This document shows, one piece after another, positions 1 to 9,700 of a stretch of DNA of 32,000 nucleotides (positions are counted from its first letter, which is position 1; each line of letters begins with the position of its first letter). The notes beneath the pieces are model-generated. The model was not told the DNA's origin, did not search any database, and worked only from the letters and a program-made list of their open reading frames with translations. Source of the DNA: Candidatus Electrothrix sp. GW3-4 (GTDB lineage: Bacteria > Desulfobacterota > Desulfobulbia > Desulfobulbales > Desulfobulbaceae). The DNA lies in contig NZ_CP147990.1 of the NCBI RefSeq assembly GCF_037902255.1, positions 4,140,001 through 4,172,000 on the forward strand, in the 5' to 3' direction. The translations under genes and the position numbers were made by a program.

Positions 1-795
1 GCCCGTTTCCTGGTCCCGTTCAATCAGGAAAATATGCAGCAACTGGATAACGTTGCAGATAAAATACGGAAATACAGCTCTCGAATCCTCTGGTGCCTCC
101 CTCCTGTCCTTCATGAAGAAGACCTCAATTGGGTCGGACAGGAGATCAGAAAACTGGGCGAAAAGGGCTATAGCCGTTTCGCCTTGGGCCATTGCTCACA
201 ATACAGGCTCTTTTTCCCCCTTCTTGAGGAGCAAAAAAATTATCCGCTGGAATTGTACGGGAACTATACCCTGAACCTGCTCAACTCGGCGGCGCTCCAG
301 GCAGCGGCCCATCTTGGTTATCAGGGAGCGCTCTTTTCCCTTGAAAGCGAAGGAGAGAACCTTGCCTCTGCCCTCCATCATTATTCTCGACAAAGCAATA
401 GAGGAGCGCGGCGAAATGAGGGTATGGATCTACCGCCTAAAATACAGATAGGTGTCTATGCCTATGGTTATCCTCCTCTGTTCACGGCCCGACTGGACAG
501 CACTCATTTTCGCTATCATCAATCTCTTGTCAGCCCGCAGGAAGAATACTTCACCTTGCAGCACCATGATGGTTTGACAACAGCCCGCGCTACCCTGCCC
601 TTTTCCCTGCTCAACCAACGGCAGCAACTGGCAAGCATGGGCGTTGACTTTCTCCTGCTCGACCTGAGCAGCGGTGCAATCAGTCGGGAGGCAGCAACAC
701 TGAGTAACCTCTTGAACCAAGGAGAGCCCAGGCGGACAGGGAAGGGCAAACAGCCTGCTGTCATGCAGGGTAATTTTGACGGAGTTTTGGTGTGA
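1..795 (+). CDS. hypothetical protein, probably 5'-truncated by the window edge; weak resemblance to the central/C-terminal part of U32-family (collagenase-like) proteins
   Basis: Frame 1 is open from nt 1, with no stop before the first ATG at 34. The ORF ends with TGA at 793-795. The pattern LPPVLHEEDL...GYSRFALGH...LYGNYTLNLLNSAALQAAAHLGYQGALFSLE recalls the repeated strand/helix pattern of U32 proteins, from memory only. An AGGA four nt upstream of ATG-34 means a start at 34 cannot be excluded. Confidence 0.5.
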   Translation, partial: ARFLVPFNQENMQQLDNVADKIRKYSSRILWCLPPVLHEEDLNWVGQEIRKLGEKGYSRFALGHCSQYRLFFPLLEEQKNYPLELYGNYTLNLLNSAALQAAAHLGYQGALFSLESEGENLASALHHYSRQSNRGARRNEGMDLPPKIQIGVYAYGYPPLFTARLDSTHFRYHQSLVSPQEEYFTLQHHDGLTTARATLPFSLLNQRQQLASMGVDFLLLDLSSGAISREAATLSNLLNQGEPRRTGKGKQPAVMQGNFDGVLV

Positions 796-989
796 GGAGG
801 ATATGAAGGAAGAACCTCTTGGAGCGAGGTCCTGTTAGCGAGTTATCAGAAGGGAGAGATACACTATATTACTGTGATAAGCAGGATCAATCCTATCGGT
901 TATGGAGAGTCCTCCCTTGAAACCGGGGCGACAGACGGTATTTTTTACCTGCTATTCACCCCATAAAAGGTAGCAGAGAGAACAGCGCA

Positions 990-2057
990 ATGAAAACATG
1001 TCCAAAATGCAGACAAAAAACCGATGCTGAACAATGCCCTTCCTGTGATCTTGTTTTTGCGGACTATGAACGGGAAAAAATGGAAAAAACCGGGGGGGTG
1101 TATCAGCTCATCAGTGCCGGTGAGCTGCTGAAAGCAAAGGAACTGGCAGAAAAACTCTCCTCAGAATTCCCGGATAGCAGAACGGACTTTATTCTTCTTA
1201 TCTCAAATATTAATCGTGATCTCAATATTGCGGAAAAATATCGGCAGGCCAAGGAATTTTTTGATAAAGGAGAGCATAAGCAAACAGCCCTCCTGCTGAG
1301 AAATATCAAGGCGTTTGATCCTGGTTTAGAGGAAAAGGTCATTGCCCTGCGCCAAAAGGCAAAGCAAGAGGGAGAATATAGCGGCCGCTTCCAAAAGGCG
1401 GTCGATCTCTATGAAAAGAGATGGTACGGCGAGGCAAGAATAGCCTTTCTCAAACTCCAAAAACATCATCCAGATGATGAAAACATTACCAACTATATTC
1501 AAAAAATAGACCGAATCAAAAAAAGTCTGCTTGATGAGGTTATTGAGATCCTAGGAGAAAACAGCTTTCAACTGGCGCAGGAACGATTTAGCAAGTTGGT
1601 TGCAATCTTTCCTGATGCAGAGGAGGAGTATGCTGCAATAACAAAGACCCTTAACCATAAAAAAGAGATTAACAGCCAGATCCTTGATGCTGCAGAAGTT
1701 GCGCGAAAAAAAGGACGACTCTTAGAGGCCAAGGTGTTGTATACCTTTCTCTACCTGCAAAATCACGAGCTTCATCCCCAATTACGTCCTTATATCAGAG
1801 AAATCGGGGATGAAGCCTTGGTCAGTCTTGCTGAGTGTGCGCAGTATAATCTTCTTGACCTTAACGAAACAGGCCTTGAGGTGAAAGAGGATGGCCTCTT
1901 AGAGCGGGTGATAACAGAGCGGCAAATCACAGATAAACGATATACCGGTGAAAGATACGTTCCTCTGAGCTCGGTGGATATCTGCACAGAACCGCTGGCA
2001 GACCCCCTTTGTGAACTCGTCAATATCGATGGCTTGGAGATAGCCGACTTTTCCTGA
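990..2057 (+). CDS. hypothetical protein with an N-terminal zinc ribbon (CPKC...CPSC) and a long helical, TPR-like region
   Basis: A 355-aa ORF. The N-terminus MKTCPKCRQKTDAEQCPSCDL has two CxxC pairs. The rest is helix-rich with repeated A/K/E/L-rich segments. It is followed by an intrinsic terminator at 2089-2118. Confidence 0.6.
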   Translation: MKTCPKCRQKTDAEQCPSCDLVFADYEREKMEKTGGVYQLISAGELLKAKELAEKLSSEFPDSRTDFILLISNINRDLNIAEKYRQAKEFFDKGEHKQTALLLRNIKAFDPGLEEKVIALRQKAKQEGEYSGRFQKAVDLYEKRWYGEARIAFLKLQKHHPDDENITNYIQKIDRIKKSLLDEVIEILGENSFQLAQERFSKLVAIFPDAEEEYAAITKTLNHKKEINSQILDAAEVARKKGRLLEAKVLYTFLYLQNHELHPQLRPYIREIGDEALVSLAECAQYNLLDLNETGLEVKEDGLLERVITERQITDKRYTGERYVPLSSVDICTEPLADPLCELVNIDGLEIADFS

Positions 2058-2088
2058 GGGATTTTTATTGCGAAGCTCCGGGCCTGAT

Positions 2089-2118
2089 CCCCTGCCCCTT
2101 GGGGCGGGGTTCTTTTTT
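2089..2118 (+). terminator. Rho-independent terminator downstream of the zinc-ribbon/TPR gene
   Basis: A GC-rich hairpin, cccctgcc(ccttgg)ggcgggg with one bulged T, is followed by ttctttttt. It lies 32 nt after the stop at 2057. Confidence 0.6.
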
Positions 2119-2157
2119 ACTGCACGTTGCCGGAGGTTAACTCCGTCAACAACCACG

Positions 2158-3765
2158 CTATTCAACCTGATCAGCAGCGTCTGATAAATCGCTGCCAAAC
2201 ATATCCATGAAGTCCTTATCCCTGGCTTCCTTATCCTTGCTCTTTTTATGGCTGCTGAACTTATCATTAATCCAGCGTCCCTTCTTGACACTACCATTGG
2301 CAAAATTGAGAATCCCCTTGCCGTTCCTCTTATCGTTCTCCCAGCCACCGATATAGGTATCGCCGTCAGCATCAATTAAGCGCCCGTGTCCGTGTCGTTT
2401 ATCGTCTTGCCATTCTCCCTCATAAACAGAACCGTCAGGATAGGTATACTTTCCCTGATCATACTGTTTATTATTATACCATTCTCCTTCATAAACACCG
2501 CCATCTGGAAAAGTGCAGGTCCCTTTTCCGTGCTTCTTATCTCTATCCCACTCTCCGTCATACACCATACCATCTGTGAATGAGAGCTTCCCTGTGCCGT
2601 GCATAAAACCGTTTTTCCATTCGCCCTCATAAATGGTACCATCCAGGCAGGTAAGTTTCCCCACACCCTCCATTGCACCATCTAACCAGTTACCAGAATA
2701 GATATTGCCGGAATTAAAGGTATAGCTTCCGGTACCGTGCCGCTTGCCCTCGAAAAATTCTCCCTCGTAATGCTCGCCTTCATGGGAAACATAGGTGCCT
2801 CGTCCGTGCATCAAATCAGCACGCCACTCCCCAGTATATTTTCCCCCGTCAGCAGCTACATAGGTTCCGACACCATTTTTTTGATCGTTACGCCACTCCC
2901 CTATATAGCTATCGCCTTCAATATAGGTAAAGGTGCCGTACCCCTCTTTTCTATCATTTCGCCATTCACCGCTATAGCTATCTCCATTGGCATAGGTATA
3001 GGTCCCCTTGCCATGTCGCATATCATCCTGCCATTCGCCCTCATACCTATCCTCTTCTTCATAGAGCAGCGCGCCTTTCCCATGCCGTTTTCCGTCCTTC
3101 CAAAAGCCAGTATAGGTCGCTTCTGAGGGATAAGTATAAGTGCCCCGACCATTAAACTTATCATGCTCCCATTGGCCGATATATTTGGTTCCATCCGGGT
3201 GCGTGTAGACCCCATGACCATGACGATGATCTTGCACAAAGGCACCGAAGTATTTCGCTCCATCAGGAAAAAAAACGGTTCCTTGGCCATGTCGCGCGTC
3301 GTTCTCCCAGCTGCCAGTATACTTGCGCCCACTCTTGAGGGTCAGTGTGCCCTGCCCGTGCTTACGGTTCTCCCACCACTCGCCCTCATACACAGAACCA
3401 TCCGGGTAGACCAATGTCCCTTTGCCTTCTCGTTTGTTGTTTCGCCACTCGCCTTCGTAGACCGCACCGTCTGGCATAGTCCAGGAGCCTTGGCCATGGC
3501 GAAGATTATCCTTCCAGTCTCCGTAATAACGGCCAGACCACTCAATGCAGCCCCGGCCATTTCGCATCCCGTTCTTCCATTCGCCTTCAAAGCTCCCACC
3601 GTTCGGATCAAAGTAGGTCCCCATGCCGTGCCGCTTATCATCGACCCATTCGCCCTCATAATGGCCACCGTCAGGGTACACACATAACCCGTGTCCGTGC
3701 CGTTTGCCGTCTGATAACTCTCCAATATATTCTTCTTCACTTTGATGAATACTTTTCTTTGTCAT
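2158..3765 (-). CDS. MORN-repeat protein (about 22 tandem 23-aa MORN repeats with an acidic/basic C-terminal tail)
   Basis: A 535-aa ORF. Residues about 13-503 are an uninterrupted array of Y-x-G-E/x-W-x-x-x-x-x-H/N-G-x-G-x-x-x-x-x-x-G-x-x units, for example YEGEWVDDKRHGMGTYFDPNGGS and YEGEWRNNKREGKGTLVYPDGSV. Confidence 0.9.
   Translation of the reverse strand: MTKKSIHQSEEEYIGELSDGKRHGHGLCVYPDGGHYEGEWVDDKRHGMGTYFDPNGGSFEGEWKNGMRNGRGCIEWSGRYYGDWKDNLRHGQGSWTMPDGAVYEGEWRNNKREGKGTLVYPDGSVYEGEWWENRKHGQGTLTLKSGRKYTGSWENDARHGQGTVFFPDGAKYFGAFVQDHRHGHGVYTHPDGTKYIGQWEHDKFNGRGTYTYPSEATYTGFWKDGKRHGKGALLYEEEDRYEGEWQDDMRHGKGTYTYANGDSYSGEWRNDRKEGYGTFTYIEGDSYIGEWRNDQKNGVGTYVAADGGKYTGEWRADLMHGRGTYVSHEGEHYEGEFFEGKRHGTGSYTFNSGNIYSGNWLDGAMEGVGKLTCLDGTIYEGEWKNGFMHGTGKLSFTDGMVYDGEWDRDKKHGKGTCTFPDGGVYEGEWYNNKQYDQGKYTYPDGSVYEGEWQDDKRHGHGRLIDADGDTYIGGWENDKRNGKGILNFANGSVKKGRWINDKFSSHKKSKDKEARDKDFMDMFGSDLSDAADQVE
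2257..3729 (-). repeat. 69-bp (23-codon) periodic coding repeat array encoding the MORN units
   Basis: The periodicity is clear in the translated protein, with about 21 full units and one partial. The units are degenerate at DNA level. The stop-poor composition produces several long spurious ORFs on both strands. Confidence 0.8.
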
Positions 3766-3828
3766 ATCATACGTCCTTTTTTTGAGCGGATAACGAGGAA
3801 AGCAACATGTGTTTCAGATTCTCTCAGC

Positions 3829-4371
3829 TCATGAGGAGCTCCTTCGGGCCCGCTGGTGCAGCTCCAAAATAAAAAGCCAGCCATAATCGGCAGCAGCAAC
3901 AACACTGAACAGGATTGCAGGCCAGAGGACCCAGTGGATCTTGTCACTCCACAACACAGCAGTCAGCAGGAGAAAAAATTGTGCTGTGGTCGCCAGTTTG
4001 CCGGACCAACGGACATCCATCCGATGAAAGGCTGACCATTCCTTGATGGAAGCAGCATACATTGCTGTGCCTGCCACCAAGAGGTCGCGGGCCAGCAAAA
4101 GGGGAATCAAGAAAAGAGAAAATTTCCCGTGAGCAGCAATCGTGAGCAGGGCGAAAAGAACAAAAAGCTTATCTGCAACAGCATCAAGTATAGCCCCTAC
4201 TTTACTCTGGGCATGCCAGCGTCTGGCTATCCAGCCGTCAAGGGCATCGCTGCCCCCTCCTCCGATGATCAGCCATACCCAGGCAGACTCTGGGACAAGG
4301 GGAAAAAGCAGGGCCAGCAGTAACCGGAAGCTCGATAAGATATTTGGTATAATTTGAATAATTTTCTCCAT
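3829..4371 (-). CDS. pgsA: CDP-alcohol phosphatidyltransferase, PgsA-like (CDP-diacylglycerol--glycerol-3-phosphate 3-phosphatidyltransferase)
   Basis: A 180-aa hydrophobic protein. It has an exact CDP-alcohol phosphatidyltransferase motif, D-x2-D-G-x2-A-R-x8-G-x3-D-x3-D, in SDALDGWIARRWHAQSKVGAILDAVADK. Its size matches E. coli PgsA (182 aa). It lies immediately downstream of uvrC, as in E. coli. Confidence 0.85.
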   Translation of the reverse strand: MEKIIQIIPNILSSFRLLLALLFPLVPESAWVWLIIGGGGSDALDGWIARRWHAQSKVGAILDAVADKLFVLFALLTIAAHGKFSLFLIPLLLARDLLVAGTAMYAASIKEWSAFHRMDVRWSGKLATTAQFFLLLTAVLWSDKIHWVLWPAILFSVVAAADYGWLFILELHQRARRSSS

Positions 4372-4635
4372 ACAGAATAAGTTGTTATTTACAGTTTAGT
4401 TTCCAGCGCAAATGTAAATATGCTCTGGAAACAACGAAGCAAATAACCCATTCTGTCGTTCATGGAGCTTCCTGTCAACAAAATCCGCTCTTTTTCACCC
4501 TTATATTCCAATATTCTTTATTTTTTCACCTCTTCCAAGTCCCCTGTGGTCTCAGCTATGACCATTACCTAAAAGTATATCCGCCATAGAGTCTTTTGCA
4601 AGTCAGATGCCCAATTTATCTGCATCAACCCCCTC

Positions 4636-6462
4636 CTACCCCTCATGCAACTGCCTGTACACCGACTCTGCGGTTTTCCTGCCTATCCCCGGCACCACAC
4701 TCAGTTCATCAACCGTCGCTTCCATGATCCGCTTATAGCTGCCCAGTTTTTTCAAGAGAAGGGTCTTTCGTTTTTCGCCGATTCCCTCCAGGGTATCAAG
4801 ACGTGAATGAAGGGTGGCCTTATTACGCAGCTTCCGGTGAAAGGTGATACCAAAGCGATGGGACTCATCGCGGATCCGCATCAGATAGAGCAAGGCCGGA
4901 GAATGGCCTGGTAACAGAATGGGATTCTTTCTCCCCGGACGAAAGAGCTTTTCCCCCTCTTCCTGCTTTTCCTTGGCAATGGACACCAGATCAACCCGAT
5001 TAAGCAGATCAAAACGGGCCAGGACATTGACCGCAATATTAAGCTGCCCCTTGCCACCGTCCAGCAACAGCAGATCAGGAAGATTATCCTTTGCCAAGCC
5101 GGTTTCCATGCGGCGCTCCAACACCTCATTCATCATGGCATAATCATCCGGCTCATCCTTCAGACGGATCCGATAATGACGAAAGCGTGATGTCTCCTTT
5201 TCGCCACGCCGAAAGCAAACCAGAGAGCCCACAGGTTGTTTCCCTGCCAGATTGGATATATCCAGGCACTCGATGGTATCAGGACGATGACGGAGCTTGA
5301 GAAATTTTTCCAGAGAGCGGGCCAAGGTCTCCCAGGACTTCTCTTTTTTACTCTGCTCGGCAAAGATCTGCTGGGCATTCTCTGCGGCCATCTGCATAAG
5401 CTGCATGCGTTTGCCCCGCTGAGGGACCCGCAGATCCACCGCACCCTGCCGCAGATCACGAAGTTGCTCCAACACCAAGTCCTCATCTTCGGGCGTGAGA
5501 GGCAGGAGGAGTTCGCGAGGGGGCTGGCGCTGCTCTGAATAGTACTGAAAGATGGTTTCGCGCAGGATGTGGTTATCTTCCCCCAGAGGATCATTGATAA
5601 AAAATGTTTGGGCCCCGCTGATCATACCAGCCCGCACAAAGAGCAGGGCAATGCCTACCGAAGCGTTATGCCGGGCAATGCCAAAGACATCCTGATCCAG
5701 CTGATGCTCGGCAAAAACGGTCTGGCGCTCCAAAGTCTTGCCCAACCCATTAATCTGATCCCGATACAGGGCTGCCTCCTCAAAGGCCAGCCGGGCTGCT
5801 GCTGCTCGCATTTTTTCCTGTAAGCGATTTATTACCTTATTACTTTTTCCCTCCAGAATCAGAATGACCTCATCCACCATAGCCTGATATTCCTCCTGGC
5901 TCACGAGGTCACAGCAGGGGGCCAGGCAGCGCTTCATCTGGTAATTGAGGCAGGGACGTCCCCGCTTGCTTATGGTCCGGCAACGCCGCAAAGGAAACAT
6001 GGAAAAAAGAAGATGCAACGAGGCCCGCAGGGCAGTACTTGAGGGATAGGGTCCAAAATAACGGTTGCCGTCCCTGAGCCGCCGCCGGGTCACATGCAGG
6101 CGAGGCCACTCGTCTTTAACAGTCACCTTGATCAGGGGGTAATTCTTATCATCCCGCAGGATGACATTATAACGGGGCCGGTGTTTTTTGATCAACGAGG
6201 CCTCAAGGATCAGAGCCTCCTTCTCAGTGGTGGTGAGGATGGTTTCTACTCGCTGCACATGGGAGAGCATCACAGCGGTCTTGGAATGCGCAGAGCCGGA
6301 ATAATGGGCGTATTGAGCAAGTCGCTTGCGGAGATCCCGAGCCTTGCCCACATACAGCACCTCTCTTTTCCCCAGCATCTGATACACGCCTGGCCTATGG
6401 CTGACTGTTTTCAGATATTCGTCCGAGAGAGGCGGATAAGAAGGGAAAGAGGGATCATGCAT
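4636..6462 (-). CDS. uvrC: excinuclease ABC subunit C (UvrC)
   Basis: A 608-aa ORF. It has an N-terminal GIY-YIG module (PGVYQMLGKREVLYVGKARDLRKRL...YNVILRDDKNYP), a UvrBC-interaction region, and a C-terminal RNase-H-like endonuclease with (HhH)2 (LDTLEGIGEKRKTLLLKKLGS...PGIGRKTAESV). Confidence 0.95.
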   Translation of the reverse strand: MHDPSFPSYPPLSDEYLKTVSHRPGVYQMLGKREVLYVGKARDLRKRLAQYAHYSGSAHSKTAVMLSHVQRVETILTTTEKEALILEASLIKKHRPRYNVILRDDKNYPLIKVTVKDEWPRLHVTRRRLRDGNRYFGPYPSSTALRASLHLLFSMFPLRRCRTISKRGRPCLNYQMKRCLAPCCDLVSQEEYQAMVDEVILILEGKSNKVINRLQEKMRAAAARLAFEEAALYRDQINGLGKTLERQTVFAEHQLDQDVFGIARHNASVGIALLFVRAGMISGAQTFFINDPLGEDNHILRETIFQYYSEQRQPPRELLLPLTPEDEDLVLEQLRDLRQGAVDLRVPQRGKRMQLMQMAAENAQQIFAEQSKKEKSWETLARSLEKFLKLRHRPDTIECLDISNLAGKQPVGSLVCFRRGEKETSRFRHYRIRLKDEPDDYAMMNEVLERRMETGLAKDNLPDLLLLDGGKGQLNIAVNVLARFDLLNRVDLVSIAKEKQEEGEKLFRPGRKNPILLPGHSPALLYLMRIRDESHRFGITFHRKLRNKATLHSRLDTLEGIGEKRKTLLLKKLGSYKRIMEATVDELSVVPGIGRKTAESVYRQLHEG

Positions 6463-6760
6463 GACAATTTTGACTGAGGTGCTCTTGCGGATTTACCCGA
6501 TGACTACATTTTGAAAAAAGAGAGCAATTCTTCGCTGTCCTGTCATCAACTATGACCTGAGATTTCTGGTAAAAAAAAACACCCTATGGTAATCTATGTA
6601 TCTTGGTGCAATAAAAAAATAGCCTGGAAAGCCGCGTAGCTCTGCTCGCCCGTCCCCCTGTTCAGGGACCCCTCCAGACTGACAAGCCCGAGACGGACAA
6701 TTCCTGCTGGCCTGTTTATGGGAAGAATATTTCCTCAAAAATCCGACGAGAGGTCTCAGT

Positions 6761-9700
6761 ATGCTGGCGCTCCCTCAATACCACGTCGTACAGCAACTCT
6801 ACGAAAGCGTTTACTCAACCATTTACCGCAGTATAAGAAAAGAGGACAACCAGCCAGTTATCCTGAAAATGCTCAAGGAAGAGTATGCATTGCCAGAAGA
6901 AATCTCGCGCCGCAAACAGGAATACAACATCATAACAAGCCTATCCCATCCTGGCATTATTAAAGCACACGGTATTGAACGATACCAGAGCACGATTGTT
7001 ATTATCCTGGAAGATTTTGCTGGTGCCCCCTTAAAAAGGGTCGTGGAAAACCAAGGGGTCACTGTACGGGACTTCTTTCCTCTTGCCCTTCAACTTGCAG
7101 ATAGTCTGGCTTATATCCATGCGGCTGACGTTATCCATAAGGATATCACCCCTGATAATATTCTTATGAACCAGGAAACGAAGCGCCTAAAAATTATTGA
7201 TTTTGGTACTGCAACTCGCTTGGTATACGAGGCTCCTTCCTTACAAAACCCTGAACAGTTGCAGGGGACGTTGGCCTATTTATCTCCTGAACAGACAGGT
7301 CGAATTAATCGCAGAATAGATTATCGAACGGATTTATACTCAATGGGCATTATCTTCTACCAACTTCTCACCGGACGTTTGCCGTTCCAGTCAACTGATG
7401 CCCTGGAGTTGGTCCATGCCCATATAGCCAAAATACCAACGCCTCTTTACGAACTTGCCCCCCATGTTCCAAGAATCCTCTCGGACATCGTTATGAAGCT
7501 GCTCAGAAAAAACGCTGAAGAGAGATATCAGTCAGCTTTTGGGGTAAAGGCTGATTTAGAAAAATGTCATGATAATCTCTCCAAATTACAGCGTCAACCA
7601 GCCTTTACCTTTCCCTTAGCGCAAGATGATATTTCAGGAAAATTTCAAATTCCCCAAAAACTCTATGGACGGAAAGATGAGGTCAACACATTACTCCAAG
7701 CCTTTGATCGGGTTTGTCAGGGACAAACCGAGCTCATGCTGGTGACAGGAGATTCCGGGGTCGGCAAAACAGCCCTCGTCAATGAGATCCATAAACCAAT
7801 GACCAAAAAAAATGGCTCTTTTGTGGTGGGTAAATTTGATCAATTCCAAAGAAATACCCCATATTCAGGTATTGCCATGGCATGTGATACGTTTTGCCGC
7901 TACCTCTTGATGGAACATGAAGACATCTTGGAAAAATGGAGGGAGAGAATCCTCACTGCTTTGGGAGAGCACGCTCAGCTTCTGATTGAAATTATACCAA
8001 CATTAGAGCTGATTACCGGCCCTCAACCGGCTGTACCTCAAGTAGAAGCAACTGACGCAAAGAACCGCTTTTCCTTATTTTTTCTCAAATTCGTCGAATC
8101 GCTCTGCGATAAAGAACATCCCATCATTTTATTTCTTGATGACCTGCAATGGGCTGATTCAGATTCCTTACTGTTACTGAAAAAAATCATCACTGAAAGA
8201 AAAATACAATATCTCTTTATCATAGGGTCGTATAGAAGTCATGAAGTGAGCGAACAGCATCCCCTTCTAAGACTCCTTAAGAGACTGCAACAAGGCAATG
8301 CGGTTATTCATACCGTTGAACTGCATAACTTACGACTAGCTGATATTGAGCAACTTTTGCAGGATAGTCTGGGCTGCTCAAGAGAAAAAATTGCCTCACT
8401 CGCTACGTTAATTTATCAAAAGACGCAGGGGAATGCCTTTTTCACCCATCAATTTTTGCACGTTCTCAGAGAAGAAAAACTATTGAATTTCAGTTTTGAA
8501 ACCCATCAATGGCAATGGGATATTCAGCAAATAGCAGCGAAAAATATTACCGATAACGTGGTTGATTTACTGGCGGAAAAAATTAATAATCTTCCTCATG
8601 AAACCAGTAAGCTTCTTCAATTGGCTGCCTGCATCGGCAACAGCTTTGACTTTTTAACCCTTTCAACATGCTCTCATCGCTCAAGTGCAGATGCATTCCC
8701 CTTTTTATGGAATGCAATGAAAGAGGGGCTGATCCAACCTCTTAATGAAAATTACAAACATATTCAAATTGCAGCACACGCATCATTTAGATTTTCCCAC
8801 GATAAAATCCGCCAGGCGGCTTACGAACTTCTCCCTGATGAGCGCAAAAAAGCCGTTCATTTGCAAATTGGCCGCTTCCTCTTAAAAAATGCACCCTCCT
8901 CTTCCCGCCTTTCAGATACCCTCTTTGATATCTGCTGGCATTTCAATCAGAGTCTCGACCTGCTCAGCTCCTCTGACGAGATACTCGCAATTGCGCGTCT
9001 CAATTTGCAGGCTGGCCAGAAGGCAAAGTCATCAATGGCAGATCAGATTGCAATCAAATATTTAGAATTTGCAAAGAGATGCCTGCCAGCAAATCATTGG
9101 CAAGAAGAGTATGATTTATCTCTAAAGATCTATAAAGAAACCATAGAAACCCTCTTTCTGATCGGTCAATTTGCAGAGGTTGAAAAAATTGCTGAAATTA
9201 TTTTGCAAGAGACTGTAAACGTATCGGATAGAATAAAGGTGTTTGAAATCCTTATTCAGCTCTATATGGTCAAAAATCAGATGGAGCAGGCTCTTGAGAC
9301 TGCGTTACTTGTCTTGACAATGCTCGGGGTAAGTTTGGACCACGCGCCCCCTGAAAAATTTTCCATCGAAGAGATCTACACATCAGGAGAAATGAGCAAC
9401 CCCGAACAGTTAGCAGCTATGCGGATTCTCAATTTTGCGATTTCTCCAGCATATACGGTAGCGCCTGAGTTCTATCCCCGTATTGTCTTTACCATGGTTA
9501 GGCTATCAACGACCTACGGAAATTCATCGCTATCCGCTTTTGGTTACACGAATTTCGCCTCACTCCTCTGCTGTGCCTTTAATAACATCAAAAAAGGCTA
9601 TCAAACAGGCCAGGCAGGGCTCTGGGTGCTGGAGAAGTTTTCCTCTGATGCATTACGGGCAAAGGTCTTTGCCTCATATTATGTCACAGTGCATCACTGG

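Noticed and set aside
2376-3740. Multiple 65-174-aa ORFs on both strands inside the MORN gene (2376-2681, 2386-2583, 2737-3126, 2901-3332, 3163-3687, 3342-3740)
   Set aside because: They result from the repetitive, compositionally biased MORN coding repeats. Only the 535-aa frame shows a coherent repeat motif.
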